Assembly (NCBI GenBank): GCA_030698385.1
Contig: JAUYLZ010000018.1
Span: forward strand, 42,744 to 106,743
Length of the DNA stretch: 64,000 nucleotides
Direction: 5' to 3'
From: a bacterium
GTDB lineage: Bacteria > Patescibacteriota > Patescibacteriia > Patescibacteriales > XYC2-FULL-47-12
Shown here: in pieces, positions 1-9,048 of the stretch
Layout: each line of letters opens with the position of its first letter
Numbering within the stretch: position 1 is the stretch's first letter
Notes under the pieces: model-generated
Database searches by the model: none
What the model was told of the DNA's origin: nothing
Seen by the model: only the letters and a program-made list of their open reading frames with translations
Made by a program: the position numbers and the translations under genes

Positions 1-769
1 TTAGATAGATTACATCCGAAACATCTTTGACTGAATGGTAACCGTGAACCAACAAATCCCTAACTATTTTAACAAGTGAATCAACTGGATCAAGAAAGGT
101 CGCGTGGGGGCCAATACTGCGAGCAATTTGATGTTTAATGCAGTTAAAACATGTGCAGGCAAGTATTACCGTATCAGACAACACTGATTCATACGCCGAA
201 AGTTCATCGGCTATCTCCTTCTTACCCTTGTTCGTGTTGAAACTTGCAGAAGCGACCGCACATTCGGATCTGGTTCCAATAATTTCTGTCAGCATTTTTG
301 GGGAGACCGGTCTGAGCGTCTCCTGATAAAACCCAGAGTTGATGGTCGATAACGTACCCATTATCGCAACATTCTTATTTGTTATTTCTGACGCATAGTC
401 ATGTATTAATTTCTTAAAACCATCAACCATGGATAATACTTTTATCTGAGTATTGTCCTGCATCTCACGAGTATGAAAATAAATGATACTTGCAGTATTA
501 CAAGCAAGGATAACTAACTTTGGTTTTATTGTTCCATTAATACATAGAGTAATCCACGAACTAACGATATCCATCAACTGCCCCTCACTTTTCAGACCGA
601 GAGGATTATACTCGGTGTCAGCTAAATATATAACATTGAAATTTCCCAAGAAAGGAAGAGTGGTTTTCAAAACACTTAAACCGCAAGCACACGAATCTAT
701 GATTACCACGGTAGATTTATGGGAATCAAATTTATCTTTTATTCCAATAAGAGACAGTTGAAGATTCAT
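1..769 (-). CDS. Asp/Glu racemase-family protein (MurI-like), C-terminus cut by window edge
   Basis: Absent from the ORF track because there is no in-window stop. My translation from the ATG at 769-767 reads MNLQLSLIGIKDKFDSHKSTVVIIDSCACGLSVL...VILACNTASII...VILACTCFN. It carries the two Cys-containing racemase motifs. The start lies 2 nt after the stop of ORF 772..1785. Confidence 0.6.
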   Translation of the reverse strand, partial: MNLQLSLIGIKDKFDSHKSTVVIIDSCACGLSVLKTTLPFLGNFNVIYLADTEYNPLGLKSEGQLMDIVSSWITLCINGTIKPKLVILACNTASIIYFHTREMQDNTQIKVLSMVDGFKKLIHDYASEITNKNVAIMGTLSTINSGFYQETLRPVSPKMLTEIIGTRSECAVASASFNTNKGKKEIADELSAYESVLSDTVILACTCFNCIKHQIARSIGPHATFLDPVDSLVKIVRDLLVHGYHSVKDVSDVIYL

Positions 770-771
770 AA

Positions 772-1785
772 TTAAAATGTAGTTAGTTCTTCATCTATAA
801 CAAGTGTCTTCACTTTAGAAACTAAAGGTTCATCTAAATACGGCGATCTATTTTCATTATTCAGGCACTTCAAGAGTCCAGCTTTTGTGGAGATTAAATT
901 GAAAGATATGAACCCACGAATTACAACAATCTCTTTGCAGGTAAGATGTGGTTGTAATTTTCTAACAACGTGATCAGCAAAAGTTTTCTCAAAAATCTGC
1001 CTCTTACTCAAGTAGGAGGCCCAATAGTGGTAAGGGTCCTCAGGAAATTCAGGATAGTGTTTTTTGATTTGAGTGATAATTGAGCTCTTCAACATATCAA
1101 GCATAGTAATCCTTTCATTAATTGAATTTAATTCATAAGAACCCACCAACAGTGCGTCCCTTAAACAGTCTATATCTTGTTGTGATAAATAGTTAAGTTG
1201 CTCCAATTGCCTGAATATCCATTTATGATGTGGCATCTCTTGTTCATTGAGAATAAATAAAGCTTCTAAGAGAAGATTAAGGCCGTCATTGATTAATAAA
1301 TGGGCACTCTCTGGGTATCCTCGATGAAAAGAATTTACACTATGAAAGTTAACCCTCCAATAATACTGATTGACGATTTCAACTAAGCGATTAAAGTCTT
1401 TTTTCTTGTCTCGCTGTAATTTATGCTTCAAAAGCTCTGTAATTAAGCCCTCATGCTCATAAACGATGATTCCGTTTGCATACGCATATTTTTTCTCATC
1501 ATTCCACGTTGTCTTAAATTCTTCCGTCATTATCTGTTGGGATAGATTGAATTCAACATCGACCCCATCAAGGTGTATGTGAAAGCTAAATGGTGGGAGA
1601 TAGCTTTCAGCAGGTACCTTCTCTAGAAATACACTTATATCAATATCGGAGTATTCATCTAAAAAATCACGTTTGCCCACGCCACCAAGCAACACTATCC
1701 CGACCACCTCATCTTTTTGTTTCAGCTTATTTGTAAAAGATGTAACAATATGATCATATTTCCATTTAATGTTTTTGGTATTCAT
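772..1785 (-). CDS. Pol-beta superfamily nucleotidyltransferase with helical C-terminal domain
   Basis: Track ORF of 337 aa. N-terminal GIVLLGGVGKRDFLDEYSDIDISVF matches the G[GS]x9-13DxD NTase signature. The substrate is unknown. Confidence 0.6.
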   Translation of the reverse strand: MNTKNIKWKYDHIVTSFTNKLKQKDEVVGIVLLGGVGKRDFLDEYSDIDISVFLEKVPAESYLPPFSFHIHLDGVDVEFNLSQQIMTEEFKTTWNDEKKYAYANGIIVYEHEGLITELLKHKLQRDKKKDFNRLVEIVNQYYWRVNFHSVNSFHRGYPESAHLLINDGLNLLLEALFILNEQEMPHHKWIFRQLEQLNYLSQQDIDCLRDALLVGSYELNSINERITMLDMLKSSIITQIKKHYPEFPEDPYHYWASYLSKRQIFEKTFADHVVRKLQPHLTCKEIVVIRGFISFNLISTKAGLLKCLNNENRSPYLDEPLVSKVKTLVIDEELTTF

Positions 1786-1872
1786 AATGATTTCATGCTT
1801 ATGATAAAGACTGGGACTGCAAAAGCAACCCCAGTCTTCAGTTCATTCCCTGACACCAGACTAAAAGACATG

Positions 1873-3252
1873 TTACTTTCGTCTCCATGTCGTTCCAGTT
1901 TGGCTATCCTCAAGAATGACACTGTTGGTAGAGAGGTGTTTGCGAATACGATCAGCAGTGGCAAAATCACGTTCCTTTTTTGCCTTGTTACGTTCGGCAA
2001 TAAGTCGCTCAATTTCACCTTCCGCAAGATCATCCGCTCGCCCCGCCTCAAACCACTTTACTGGATCTTCAGCGAACAGACCAAGCAGTTCACCCGCTGC
2101 CCTAAATGAAGCAATTGCCTCAATTCTGGCACTACCCGTAAGCTGCATGGCGGTATCTCGCAATGCATGAAGTACTGCAATTGCTACAGGTGTATTGAGG
2201 TCGTCATGAAGAGCAACAACAACATCCTGAGGCGGAGTACTCACAGGCACATCAGGAGCTTCTCTAAGCAGTCGATAGAAACGATCAAGTTGCTGTTTCG
2301 ACTGTTCAAGTAGCCCATCGGTCCAGTCAAACGGTTGTCGATACTGTGCGGAAAGCAATGAAAAGCGTAATACTTCACCGTGCCATTCCCGTAGCAGATC
2401 GTGCATGATAATAATGTTCCCAAGCGACTTGGACATTTTATCCGTGCCCATGTTGATAAAACCGTTATGCATCCAGTAGCGCGCAAGTGGCGCTCCCCCA
2501 TGCGCACAAGACGACTGGGCAATCTCGTTTTCATGGTGTGGAAAGCGAAGATCTTGTCCACCCCCATGAATGTCGATTGTCTGGCCGAGCTCATGCTCTA
2601 TCATGGCGGAGCATTCCAGATGCCAACCGGGCCGACCACGTCCCCAAGGGCTATCCCAACCGGGCTCATCGTCTTTCGACGGCTTCCACAATACAAAATC
2701 CGCAGGATTTTGCTTGTATGACGCAACTTCAACACGTGCACCCGCAAGCATCTCTTCGCGATTAATTCCAGAGAAAGAACCGTATCCGTCGAATTGTTCT
2801 ATCGCGAAGAGAACGTGGCCTTCTGTTACATACGCAAAACCTTTTTCCAGAAGTTCACATACCATAGAGATCATTCTGTCGACATAGTCGGTAGCCATGG
2901 TCACTACTGTTGGCGGAAGCACATTGAGCTTATGGGACTCATCACGATATACGGCTGAATATTTTGCCGTAATTACTCCAATCGGCTCACCGGTTTCTTG
3001 CGATGCGTGGATGATCTTGTCATCTATGTCCGTATGATTATGGGCATAGACGACGCTGTCCACGCCATATTTGTGTCGCAATACTCGGAAAAGCTGATCA
3101 AACACAACCGTTGATCGGTAGTTACCAATGTGAGGATAACTATATACCGTAGGACCGCACGCATACATCGTAACCCGCTTGTGGTCAGTTGGAAGAAAAA
3201 CATGTTTCTTGCGTGTCGCGCTGTCGAAAAGAACAAGGTTTGAATTTTTCAT
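1873..3252 (-). CDS. cysS: cysteine--tRNA ligase
   Basis: 459 aa. HIGN (HIGH-type) and KMSKSLGN class I motifs are present, with CysRS-like length and layout. Confidence 0.9.
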   Translation of the reverse strand: MKNSNLVLFDSATRKKHVFLPTDHKRVTMYACGPTVYSYPHIGNYRSTVVFDQLFRVLRHKYGVDSVVYAHNHTDIDDKIIHASQETGEPIGVITAKYSAVYRDESHKLNVLPPTVVTMATDYVDRMISMVCELLEKGFAYVTEGHVLFAIEQFDGYGSFSGINREEMLAGARVEVASYKQNPADFVLWKPSKDDEPGWDSPWGRGRPGWHLECSAMIEHELGQTIDIHGGGQDLRFPHHENEIAQSSCAHGGAPLARYWMHNGFINMGTDKMSKSLGNIIIMHDLLREWHGEVLRFSLLSAQYRQPFDWTDGLLEQSKQQLDRFYRLLREAPDVPVSTPPQDVVVALHDDLNTPVAIAVLHALRDTAMQLTGSARIEAIASFRAAGELLGLFAEDPVKWFEAGRADDLAEGEIERLIAERNKAKKERDFATADRIRKHLSTNSVILEDSQTGTTWRRK

Positions 3253-3321
3253 GGTTTTACTCCTTTTGGTTTAATGTTTTAAGGCACTCGAATTCCTGAG
3301 GTGGCCGGGTTTGTCAAGACG

Positions 3322-3394
3322 CCAAAAACTTTGGTGTCTGGATAAATTATACCAATAACATAAAATAATAGCAAAAAAGTTTGACATTGTCAAC
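3322..3394. repeat. 73-bp intergenic module, copy A (bidirectional promoter with palindromic -35)
   Basis: Repeated at 18626..18698 with 4 mismatches by eye. Contains the hairpin CGCCAAAaacTTTGGTG and the palindrome GTTGACAtTGTCAAC, which gives TTGACA on both strands. On plus, TTGACA-18nt-TATAAT lies ahead of 3422. On minus, TTGACA-17nt-TATTAT lies ahead of cysS. Confidence 0.8.
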
Positions 3395-3421
3395 GGTGCC
3401 GCTATATAATGAAAGTATAAA

Positions 3422-4183
3422 GTGAAATATAAAATGTACAATACTATTACTAAAAATCAATGGCTCAAAAAATTACAGATTTCACCAACAGCGGTACCTG
3501 ATATTTTTGTTATACACGGCAGTATGTTTTTTAACAAGAGAGTGAAAGAAATCAAAAAGTTTTTAAATAGCAGTCAGGTAGTGCCTGATTTACCTATTGT
3601 TCTAGGAAAACTTGAAAAGCAAAAGGTGGGTATCTCAGTGGCGTACGGTGGACCGATGGCTTCAGAATTTGCTCACATATTCTCTGTATTAGGTACAAAA
3701 GTTATCATACAGACCGGAACATTTGGCGGGTTAAAATCAGAATTGATGCCTGGCGATTGCTGTATACCAAAAGCAGTTTTCCCCGGTGATGACGCATCTG
3801 GCTACTATACAACAAAAAAAACCGTCGCATTACCTACGAACGGTCAATTAAGAAATATACTGGCGGAAAAATTACAGTCTGCTGGCGTATCGTATTGTTC
3901 GGGGAATGTCTTTACAACAGCTGCGATGCTCGCAGAATCTGAACGTGATCTACAGTCCTTACAACGGCAAGGATATTGTGGTATTGACTTGGAAACCGCT
4001 GCGGTCATTGCTGTGGCGCGGTCATTTAAGATACCGGCTGCCGCCATGTTACGTATGGGTGAAAATTTAGCGTTGCATCAAAATAACATTACCGATAAAA
4101 TTGCCGCTGGAGCAACAACAAATATTGCGCTGTGGCATATTGCCATTACAGCGGGTATAGAGTATGTTAGCAGGAATAAGTAA
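3422..4183 (+). CDS. nucleoside phosphorylase (PNP/UDP family)
   Basis: 253 aa. Contains VIIQTGTFGGL and CGIDLETAAV segments typical of the PNP_UDP_1 fold. Confidence 0.65.
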   Translation: MKYKMYNTITKNQWLKKLQISPTAVPDIFVIHGSMFFNKRVKEIKKFLNSSQVVPDLPIVLGKLEKQKVGISVAYGGPMASEFAHIFSVLGTKVIIQTGTFGGLKSELMPGDCCIPKAVFPGDDASGYYTTKKTVALPTNGQLRNILAEKLQSAGVSYCSGNVFTTAAMLAESERDLQSLQRQGYCGIDLETAAVIAVARSFKIPAAAMLRMGENLALHQNNITDKIAAGATTNIALWHIAITAGIEYVSRNK

Positions 4184-4223
4184 TTGTACTTACCCCTGCT
4201 AACAGTTATGTTGCGGTGATGCT

Positions 4224-4298
4224 TTATTCGCATACCCCGCAATGATCGTGCTGATCAACTACCGTTGCGTCTGTAACGAGATCCTCTTTCACGCTCAT
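4224..4298 (-). CDS. small Cys-containing peptide coupled to the radical SAM gene (candidate RiPP precursor)
   Basis: Not in the track (<60 aa). The minus-sense sequence is TGAaAGGAGGTGATGAGCGTGAAAGAG..., encoding MSVKEDLVTDATVVDQHDHCGVCE*. If the GTG at 4292 is the start, 6 nt after GAGGTG, the product is fM-KEDLVTDATVVDQHDHCGVCE. The SD overlaps the rSAM stop codon. Confidence 0.4.
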   Translation of the reverse strand: MSVKEDLVTDATVVDQHDHCGVCE

Positions 4299-4307
4299 CA
4301 CCTCCTT

Positions 4308-5468
4308 TCATGAAAGAACAGAGTGGGGACAACCGGGATGAATAATCGGCTGTTCATATAAGTCTTTATTTTTAAAATAGCTGAATGCTCTAGCCCACAT
4401 ACGACAAATTTTTTGGCATCCGGCGCACCCCGTGTTTTCCCGCCGGACATTTCTAAAATTACGAAATGCGTCACTAGACCAAATTGCATCCAAAGTACTA
4501 GTTAAAACGTTACCCCCTAACAATTCAGTAACGCCGTCAAAATATGGAAACGGATAACAATCACCGTTAGCGCTCACATACATAAAGAGGCGTGCTCCTA
4601 TTTCCGTGTGCCATTCCACTGGCCAAGAGTAACTACTGATTTCACCTTTGTCAAAGGGATGAAGAATAATTAGGTTATTCTTTGCAGCGCGAAGCTTATT
4701 GATCACCGACCATGACTGGAAGAGCACATCGTTAGCAAGCTCGTCCGTAATTTTAGAACGACCATTGAACACTTGACGAGCTAACTTCCAGCTGGAAACT
4801 CTGCCTCGCAGATACTCTGCAATGTCAATCAAATCATTAATGTTGGACTGGTCTAATGTAGTAGTTACTGATAATTTTGCCCATTCCGGTTTTGACGACC
4901 ATAAGTAGTCAAGTGCTTGTTGTAGAGCGTCCCACATTTTTTGCTTGCCAACCCAGCGATTAAAGTTCTCCGCAAAAGAATCCATAGAAATTTGGATGGA
5001 AAAAAAGTAGCGCCAGAGCTCAGACGCTAAGTCTTGCCTCTTGCCAATAGCAACTCCATTGGTTAGCAGTTTCTGCTCAAAACCTAACTCATGGGCAAAA
5101 TTAACAAATTCCAAAAAATTCTTTCTGGTAAAAACTTCTCCGCCAGACCATTCAATTTGTAAGACCCCCCATGCTTGCAAAGCAGACAATAAATCTTTAA
5201 TTTGTTGTTCGGTCATTTCTTTTGGCAGCGGATTGCCTGAATTGACAAAACAATGAGGACAACCAAGATTGCAACGGTTGGTAAATTGAATCTGCACTTC
5301 AATAGGGACTGACATACCGTTGAATACTTGACTGGTTGGAATACTACATAACGAAGTGTCGCAATTGATTTTATTAGCATCGTCAAGGCAATAAATGCGC
5401 CCTTTGTGTGAAAACAGATACTTTTTCACTGATGGCTCAAAACGAAACAATTCTACCATAATCATCAC
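4308..5468 (-). CDS. radical SAM protein with C-terminal SPASM/twitch-like Cys cluster
   Basis: CNLGCPHCF (CxxxCxxC) occurs about 65 aa from the N-terminus. C-terminal features are GDCYPFPY...GCAGCQKIC...GCPH. The likely true start is MVELF at 5459, 6 nt after GAGGTG. It has its own TTGACA/TAAATT promoter upstream. Confidence 0.8.
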   Translation of the reverse strand: MMIMVELFRFEPSVKKYLFSHKGRIYCLDDANKINCDTSLCSIPTSQVFNGMSVPIEVQIQFTNRCNLGCPHCFVNSGNPLPKEMTEQQIKDLLSALQAWGVLQIEWSGGEVFTRKNFLEFVNFAHELGFEQKLLTNGVAIGKRQDLASELWRYFFSIQISMDSFAENFNRWVGKQKMWDALQQALDYLWSSKPEWAKLSVTTTLDQSNINDLIDIAEYLRGRVSSWKLARQVFNGRSKITDELANDVLFQSWSVINKLRAAKNNLIILHPFDKGEISSYSWPVEWHTEIGARLFMYVSANGDCYPFPYFDGVTELLGGNVLTSTLDAIWSSDAFRNFRNVRRENTGCAGCQKICRMWARAFSYFKNKDLYEQPIIHPGCPHSVLS

Positions 5469-5550
5469 CTCTATTTAATTTTAATGTACAACGTATTTCT
5501 AATTTACACCCTCTGGCACATTTGTCAATTGTTACGGCCTACATTCACAT

Positions 5551-5582
5551 AAAAAAGCCGACGAAAAATACATTTCGCCGGC
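5551..5582 (-). terminator. intrinsic terminator after valS
   Basis: Minus-sense GCCGGCGAAAtgtatttTTTCGTCGGC followed by UUUUUU. The mismatch is a G.U only on the minus transcript. Confidence 0.6.
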
Positions 5583-5608
5583 AGAGTTTGCAAAAATAAA
5601 AAATATTA

Positions 5609-8050
5609 TCATTGCAATGTAAGTTTTACATCAGGATGTGTTGTTTCGTACAACTGACCACTTGTAAGGTTCTGATTTAATGTCCCATGACAAGCATTCG
5701 CAATGCCTATAAGGTCTGGTAACATTTGTTGGATGAGCTTGTTCTCTGTGTGTAGAGAAATTGCGGAAATTGTCCCCCGATAATCTCCAACAACCTGGGA
5801 CTTGAAATGACGAACTTTGTTAAGTAGTTCAACAAAAATTTCGCCGATTTCCAATAACTCATTATTATCGTAGCCTGTATTGGTTACAGGCCATTCACAA
5901 GTGTGAATTGAAGTGTGTTCCGCCACTTTAAATACATTATGATAAATTTCTTCTGTAACAAACGGCAAAAAGGGAGCCATAAGCTTAAGGAGAGTATCTA
6001 ATGTATAGTGTAGCGTAAATGTCATTGATGTTATGTCTGTATCGGGGTATTTTTCTGGGTGCCATGTTCTATCCTTACAAAGTTCAAGATAGTTATCACA
6101 GTACTTCACCCAAAAAAACTTTTCCAATGATATTCTAGCCGCATTGTAGTCGCATGCACTCAAGCTGGTTGTGCAATTTTTAATAACATGCTGAAGCTCG
6201 GCAAGAATCCAGCGATCAGAAAATACAGAAATAACAGATTCTGGCACAACATCATTATCACTTAGGAGTGCCTCTATAAAACGAGCTACATTCCATAGTT
6301 TAATCACTACTTTGCGACCGTTTTTGATATCCTCTTCAGTATAACGAAGATTGTGTCCCAGTCCCGCGTTAGTTGCCCACCACCGTATGGCATCGGCAGG
6401 ATAATGTTGCAACACTGTTTCAATAGCTACAAAATTACCCTTGCTCTTGCTCATTTTTTTACCATTACTATCCAACCCCCATCCGGAAATCATAACATTT
6501 TTCCACGGCAGAGAATTAGTATGGTAATGAGATTTGACGACGGTGTAGAAAAGCCAGGTACGGATAATTTCAAAAGCTTGTACTCGCAAACTCATGGGAT
6601 ATATTATCTCCATGAATCTATCCTCAGCGCCCCAATCAGAGTTAATGAGTGGTGTGAGTGAAGATGTCATCCATGTGTCTAGTACCTGTTGTTCCGCTTC
6701 TAGAATTCTACCTTGACATTTCGAGCAAGACAATTTACTCGGTTGATGTTCTCGCGGATCAATCGGTAACATGTCCTCATCAGGCAAAACAATTTCACCA
6801 CAGGCCTGACAGTACCACACAGGAATAGGAACACCATAAAAACGACTCCGAGAAATACACCAATCCCACTTTAAACATTCTACCCACGCACGGTATTTTT
6901 CCTGCATAAACTCCGGTAGCCACGTCAACTCTTTCCCGCGTTGCAAAAAATCGTCTTTATGGTCCAAAATTTTAATAAACCATTGGGGGGAGGCAACAAA
7001 TTCAACCTGGGTACCGCATCGTTCGTGAACATTTTTTATATATTTGACTGCTTCCTGGTTTACAATAAGACTCTGTTCCTGCAAAGACTGAACAATGATG
7101 CTACGTGCCTGTAATACAGATAAACCTTTAAGTGAACCGGCAATATCAGTAAGCTTGCCGTCAGTCGTAAGTAGCACCCGTGTTATAAGTTTATCTTGTT
7201 TCCATTTTTGGACATCTTGAGCGTCTCCCCATGTACACACCATCATGATACCTGTTCCAATATCCCTATCAACATCAGTATGAGTGAGTATTGGCACAGC
7301 GTGTTGCATGTACGGCACTACTGCTGTTTTACCAACAAACTGAATAAATCGTTCATCGTTAGGATGAACATATAGAGCAACGCAGGCCGGTAACATTTCA
7401 GGGCGTGTGGTAGCAATAGTGAGAGACTGCTTTGTTTCAACAGCTTGAAAGATAATGTGGTACATCACACCTTCACATTGCTCGTCGTCTAAGTCAGCTT
7501 GTGCCAATGCCGTACCGCAGAAAGTGCACCAAAACGATGGTGCATTTTCTCGATACACAAAACCATCTTTAAATAGTTCTAAAAATGATTTTTGTGATAC
7601 ATATTGTGCTCTATTGCCAATGGTACTGTAGGACAACGACCAGTCAACACCTATACCAAGCTTGTCCCAAATATTGTGATAAATCTGTCTACCTTTTTCT
7701 GTTTCTTGGAGACACAAAGATATAAAATCACCGCGTGATATTTCTTGTTTATTTATCTTGTATTTTTTCTCCACGAAACGTTCCGTAGGCAAGCCATTAT
7801 CATCAAAACCCATGGGATAAAAAACGTTATATCCCTGCATGCGTCGAAATCGCGTGATTATCTCAGCTTGAATGTAAGACATAGCATGCCCCACATGTAG
7901 ATGAGATGAGCTAACATACGGCGGTGGCGTATCAACGGAAAAAACTGGTTTCTGATTACTTTCACGTTTGAAAGCATACACTTGACTTTGCGTCCAATTT
8001 TTCTGCCATTTTGCTTCAACTTCTAGTGCGTTATACTTTTTTTCTATCAT
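5609..8050 (-). CDS. valS: valine--tRNA ligase (archaeal-like type)
   Basis: 813 aa. Contains DTPPPYVSSSHLHVGH...PMGFDDNGLPTE, DWCISRSRFYGVPIP and KMSKSKGN. Distinguishing Val from Ile/Leu rests on my recall of the N-terminal motif. Confidence 0.75.
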   Translation of the reverse strand: MIEKKYNALEVEAKWQKNWTQSQVYAFKRESNQKPVFSVDTPPPYVSSSHLHVGHAMSYIQAEIITRFRRMQGYNVFYPMGFDDNGLPTERFVEKKYKINKQEISRGDFISLCLQETEKGRQIYHNIWDKLGIGVDWSLSYSTIGNRAQYVSQKSFLELFKDGFVYRENAPSFWCTFCGTALAQADLDDEQCEGVMYHIIFQAVETKQSLTIATTRPEMLPACVALYVHPNDERFIQFVGKTAVVPYMQHAVPILTHTDVDRDIGTGIMMVCTWGDAQDVQKWKQDKLITRVLLTTDGKLTDIAGSLKGLSVLQARSIIVQSLQEQSLIVNQEAVKYIKNVHERCGTQVEFVASPQWFIKILDHKDDFLQRGKELTWLPEFMQEKYRAWVECLKWDWCISRSRFYGVPIPVWYCQACGEIVLPDEDMLPIDPREHQPSKLSCSKCQGRILEAEQQVLDTWMTSSLTPLINSDWGAEDRFMEIIYPMSLRVQAFEIIRTWLFYTVVKSHYHTNSLPWKNVMISGWGLDSNGKKMSKSKGNFVAIETVLQHYPADAIRWWATNAGLGHNLRYTEEDIKNGRKVVIKLWNVARFIEALLSDNDVVPESVISVFSDRWILAELQHVIKNCTTSLSACDYNAARISLEKFFWVKYCDNYLELCKDRTWHPEKYPDTDITSMTFTLHYTLDTLLKLMAPFLPFVTEEIYHNVFKVAEHTSIHTCEWPVTNTGYDNNELLEIGEIFVELLNKVRHFKSQVVGDYRGTISAISLHTENKLIQQMLPDLIGIANACHGTLNQNLTSGQLYETTHPDVKLTLQ

Positions 8051-8200
8051 AATTCACATCCTCCCATACTTTGAATGTTTTACCTTTGTACTCTTAAATT
8101 TTAAGGAACTAATTTATATTACACATACTTACTAACCAATGAGTTATTGAAACATACTTTTTTAAAAAAATCAACCCCTTAATAAAAAAGGCTGGCTTTG

Positions 8201-8605
8201 TCAATTGATTGCAACTTTTTTTAAAATAACAGCGATAGATCCCAAATCGCACTGCGCCGATCGCCCGCCCTCTTTATTGATAGAGGTAGCAATCGTACCT
8301 AAAAAAACATGGAGTTTATAATTAATTTTAAGCTTAATATATAGATACTTTATTACTATTTTAAGTTTTTTTGTTGAAATATCCGGCATTCTCCCGTCAT
8401 AACCTTGATAAATATGTATGCCACTATCATCTATGTAACCGCGAGGATTATTCTCCATAAAAAATCTATCATTATCCCTAACCCATCCTTTATCTTTAAA
8501 CCACTTGCTATGCGGAATATTTAAATTAGGACGAGATAAAAATATCTGATCATTTATAATGACAAACATCGTCCTTTTAACATTCTTTAAATAAAATTTT
8601 GACAT
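8201..8605 (-). CDS. hypothetical protein
   Basis: 134 aa track ORF with no recognisable motif. Confidence 0.35.
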   Translation of the reverse strand: MSKFYLKNVKRTMFVIINDQIFLSRPNLNIPHSKWFKDKGWVRDNDRFFMENNPRGYIDDSGIHIYQGYDGRMPDISTKKLKIVIKYLYIKLKINYKLHVFLGTIATSINKEGGRSAQCDLGSIAVILKKVAIN

Positions 8606-8919
8606 AAAAAACAGTTAGACAGATATATATCTTTAATTATCATAACTTATATTGTCGTTTTATTCAAAAAAATACTGCCTAAAAAGCTTAGGTAGCAAAT
8701 TAGACAGTTTAACAAACAAGCGAAAATTACAAGTGTGGCAGTTTTTGTAGGGTTTTTTCTTTCCGCGAGATCCATCTAATTTTGTAGTTGAAGCCCCAAC
8801 ATAAAAACTGCCGTCCTTGAATTCGTGGCTTTTTTCTATTTCATTTTTAAGAATTATAATACAACTTGATGTCGTACGTGGTTACTGACTGGTACTATGG
8901 TGGTAATCCTGGCACATAT

Positions 8920-8949
8920 AAAAAACGGGAAATTATATAATTTCCCGCT
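8920..8949 (-). terminator. intrinsic terminator after tRNA-His
   Basis: Minus-sense GCGGGAAATTATATAATTTCCCGT followed by a U run. It closes a hisS-tRNA-His unit. Confidence 0.7.
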
Positions 8950-8962
8950 TCAAAAAGAAAAT

Positions 8963-9035
8963 TGGGTACGACGGGGGTTGAACCCGTAACCTCTAGAGCC
9001 ACAATCTAGCGCTCTGCCAGTTGAGCTACGCACCC
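8963..9035 (-). tRNA. tRNA-His (anticodon GTG), A73, no encoded G-1
   Basis: Hand-folded as GGGTGCG TA GCTC AACTGGCA GAGC G CTAGA TTGTGGC TCTAG AGGTT ACGGG TTCAACC CCCGT CGTACCC A. The base 5' of G1 is T. No CCA is encoded. Confidence 0.85.
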
Positions 9036-9048
9036 ATTAAAGATCAAT

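Noticed and set aside
1717-3236. Multiple short ORFs inside or antisense to cysS (1717..2109, 1782..2051, 1916..2170, 2241..2594, 2401..2887, 3024..3236). Comparable antisense or alternate-frame ORFs lie inside valS, hisS, aspS, recG, leuA, thrS and others.
   Set aside because: They are nested within long, motif-supported genes and have no SD or recognisable motifs. They are typical shadow ORFs.
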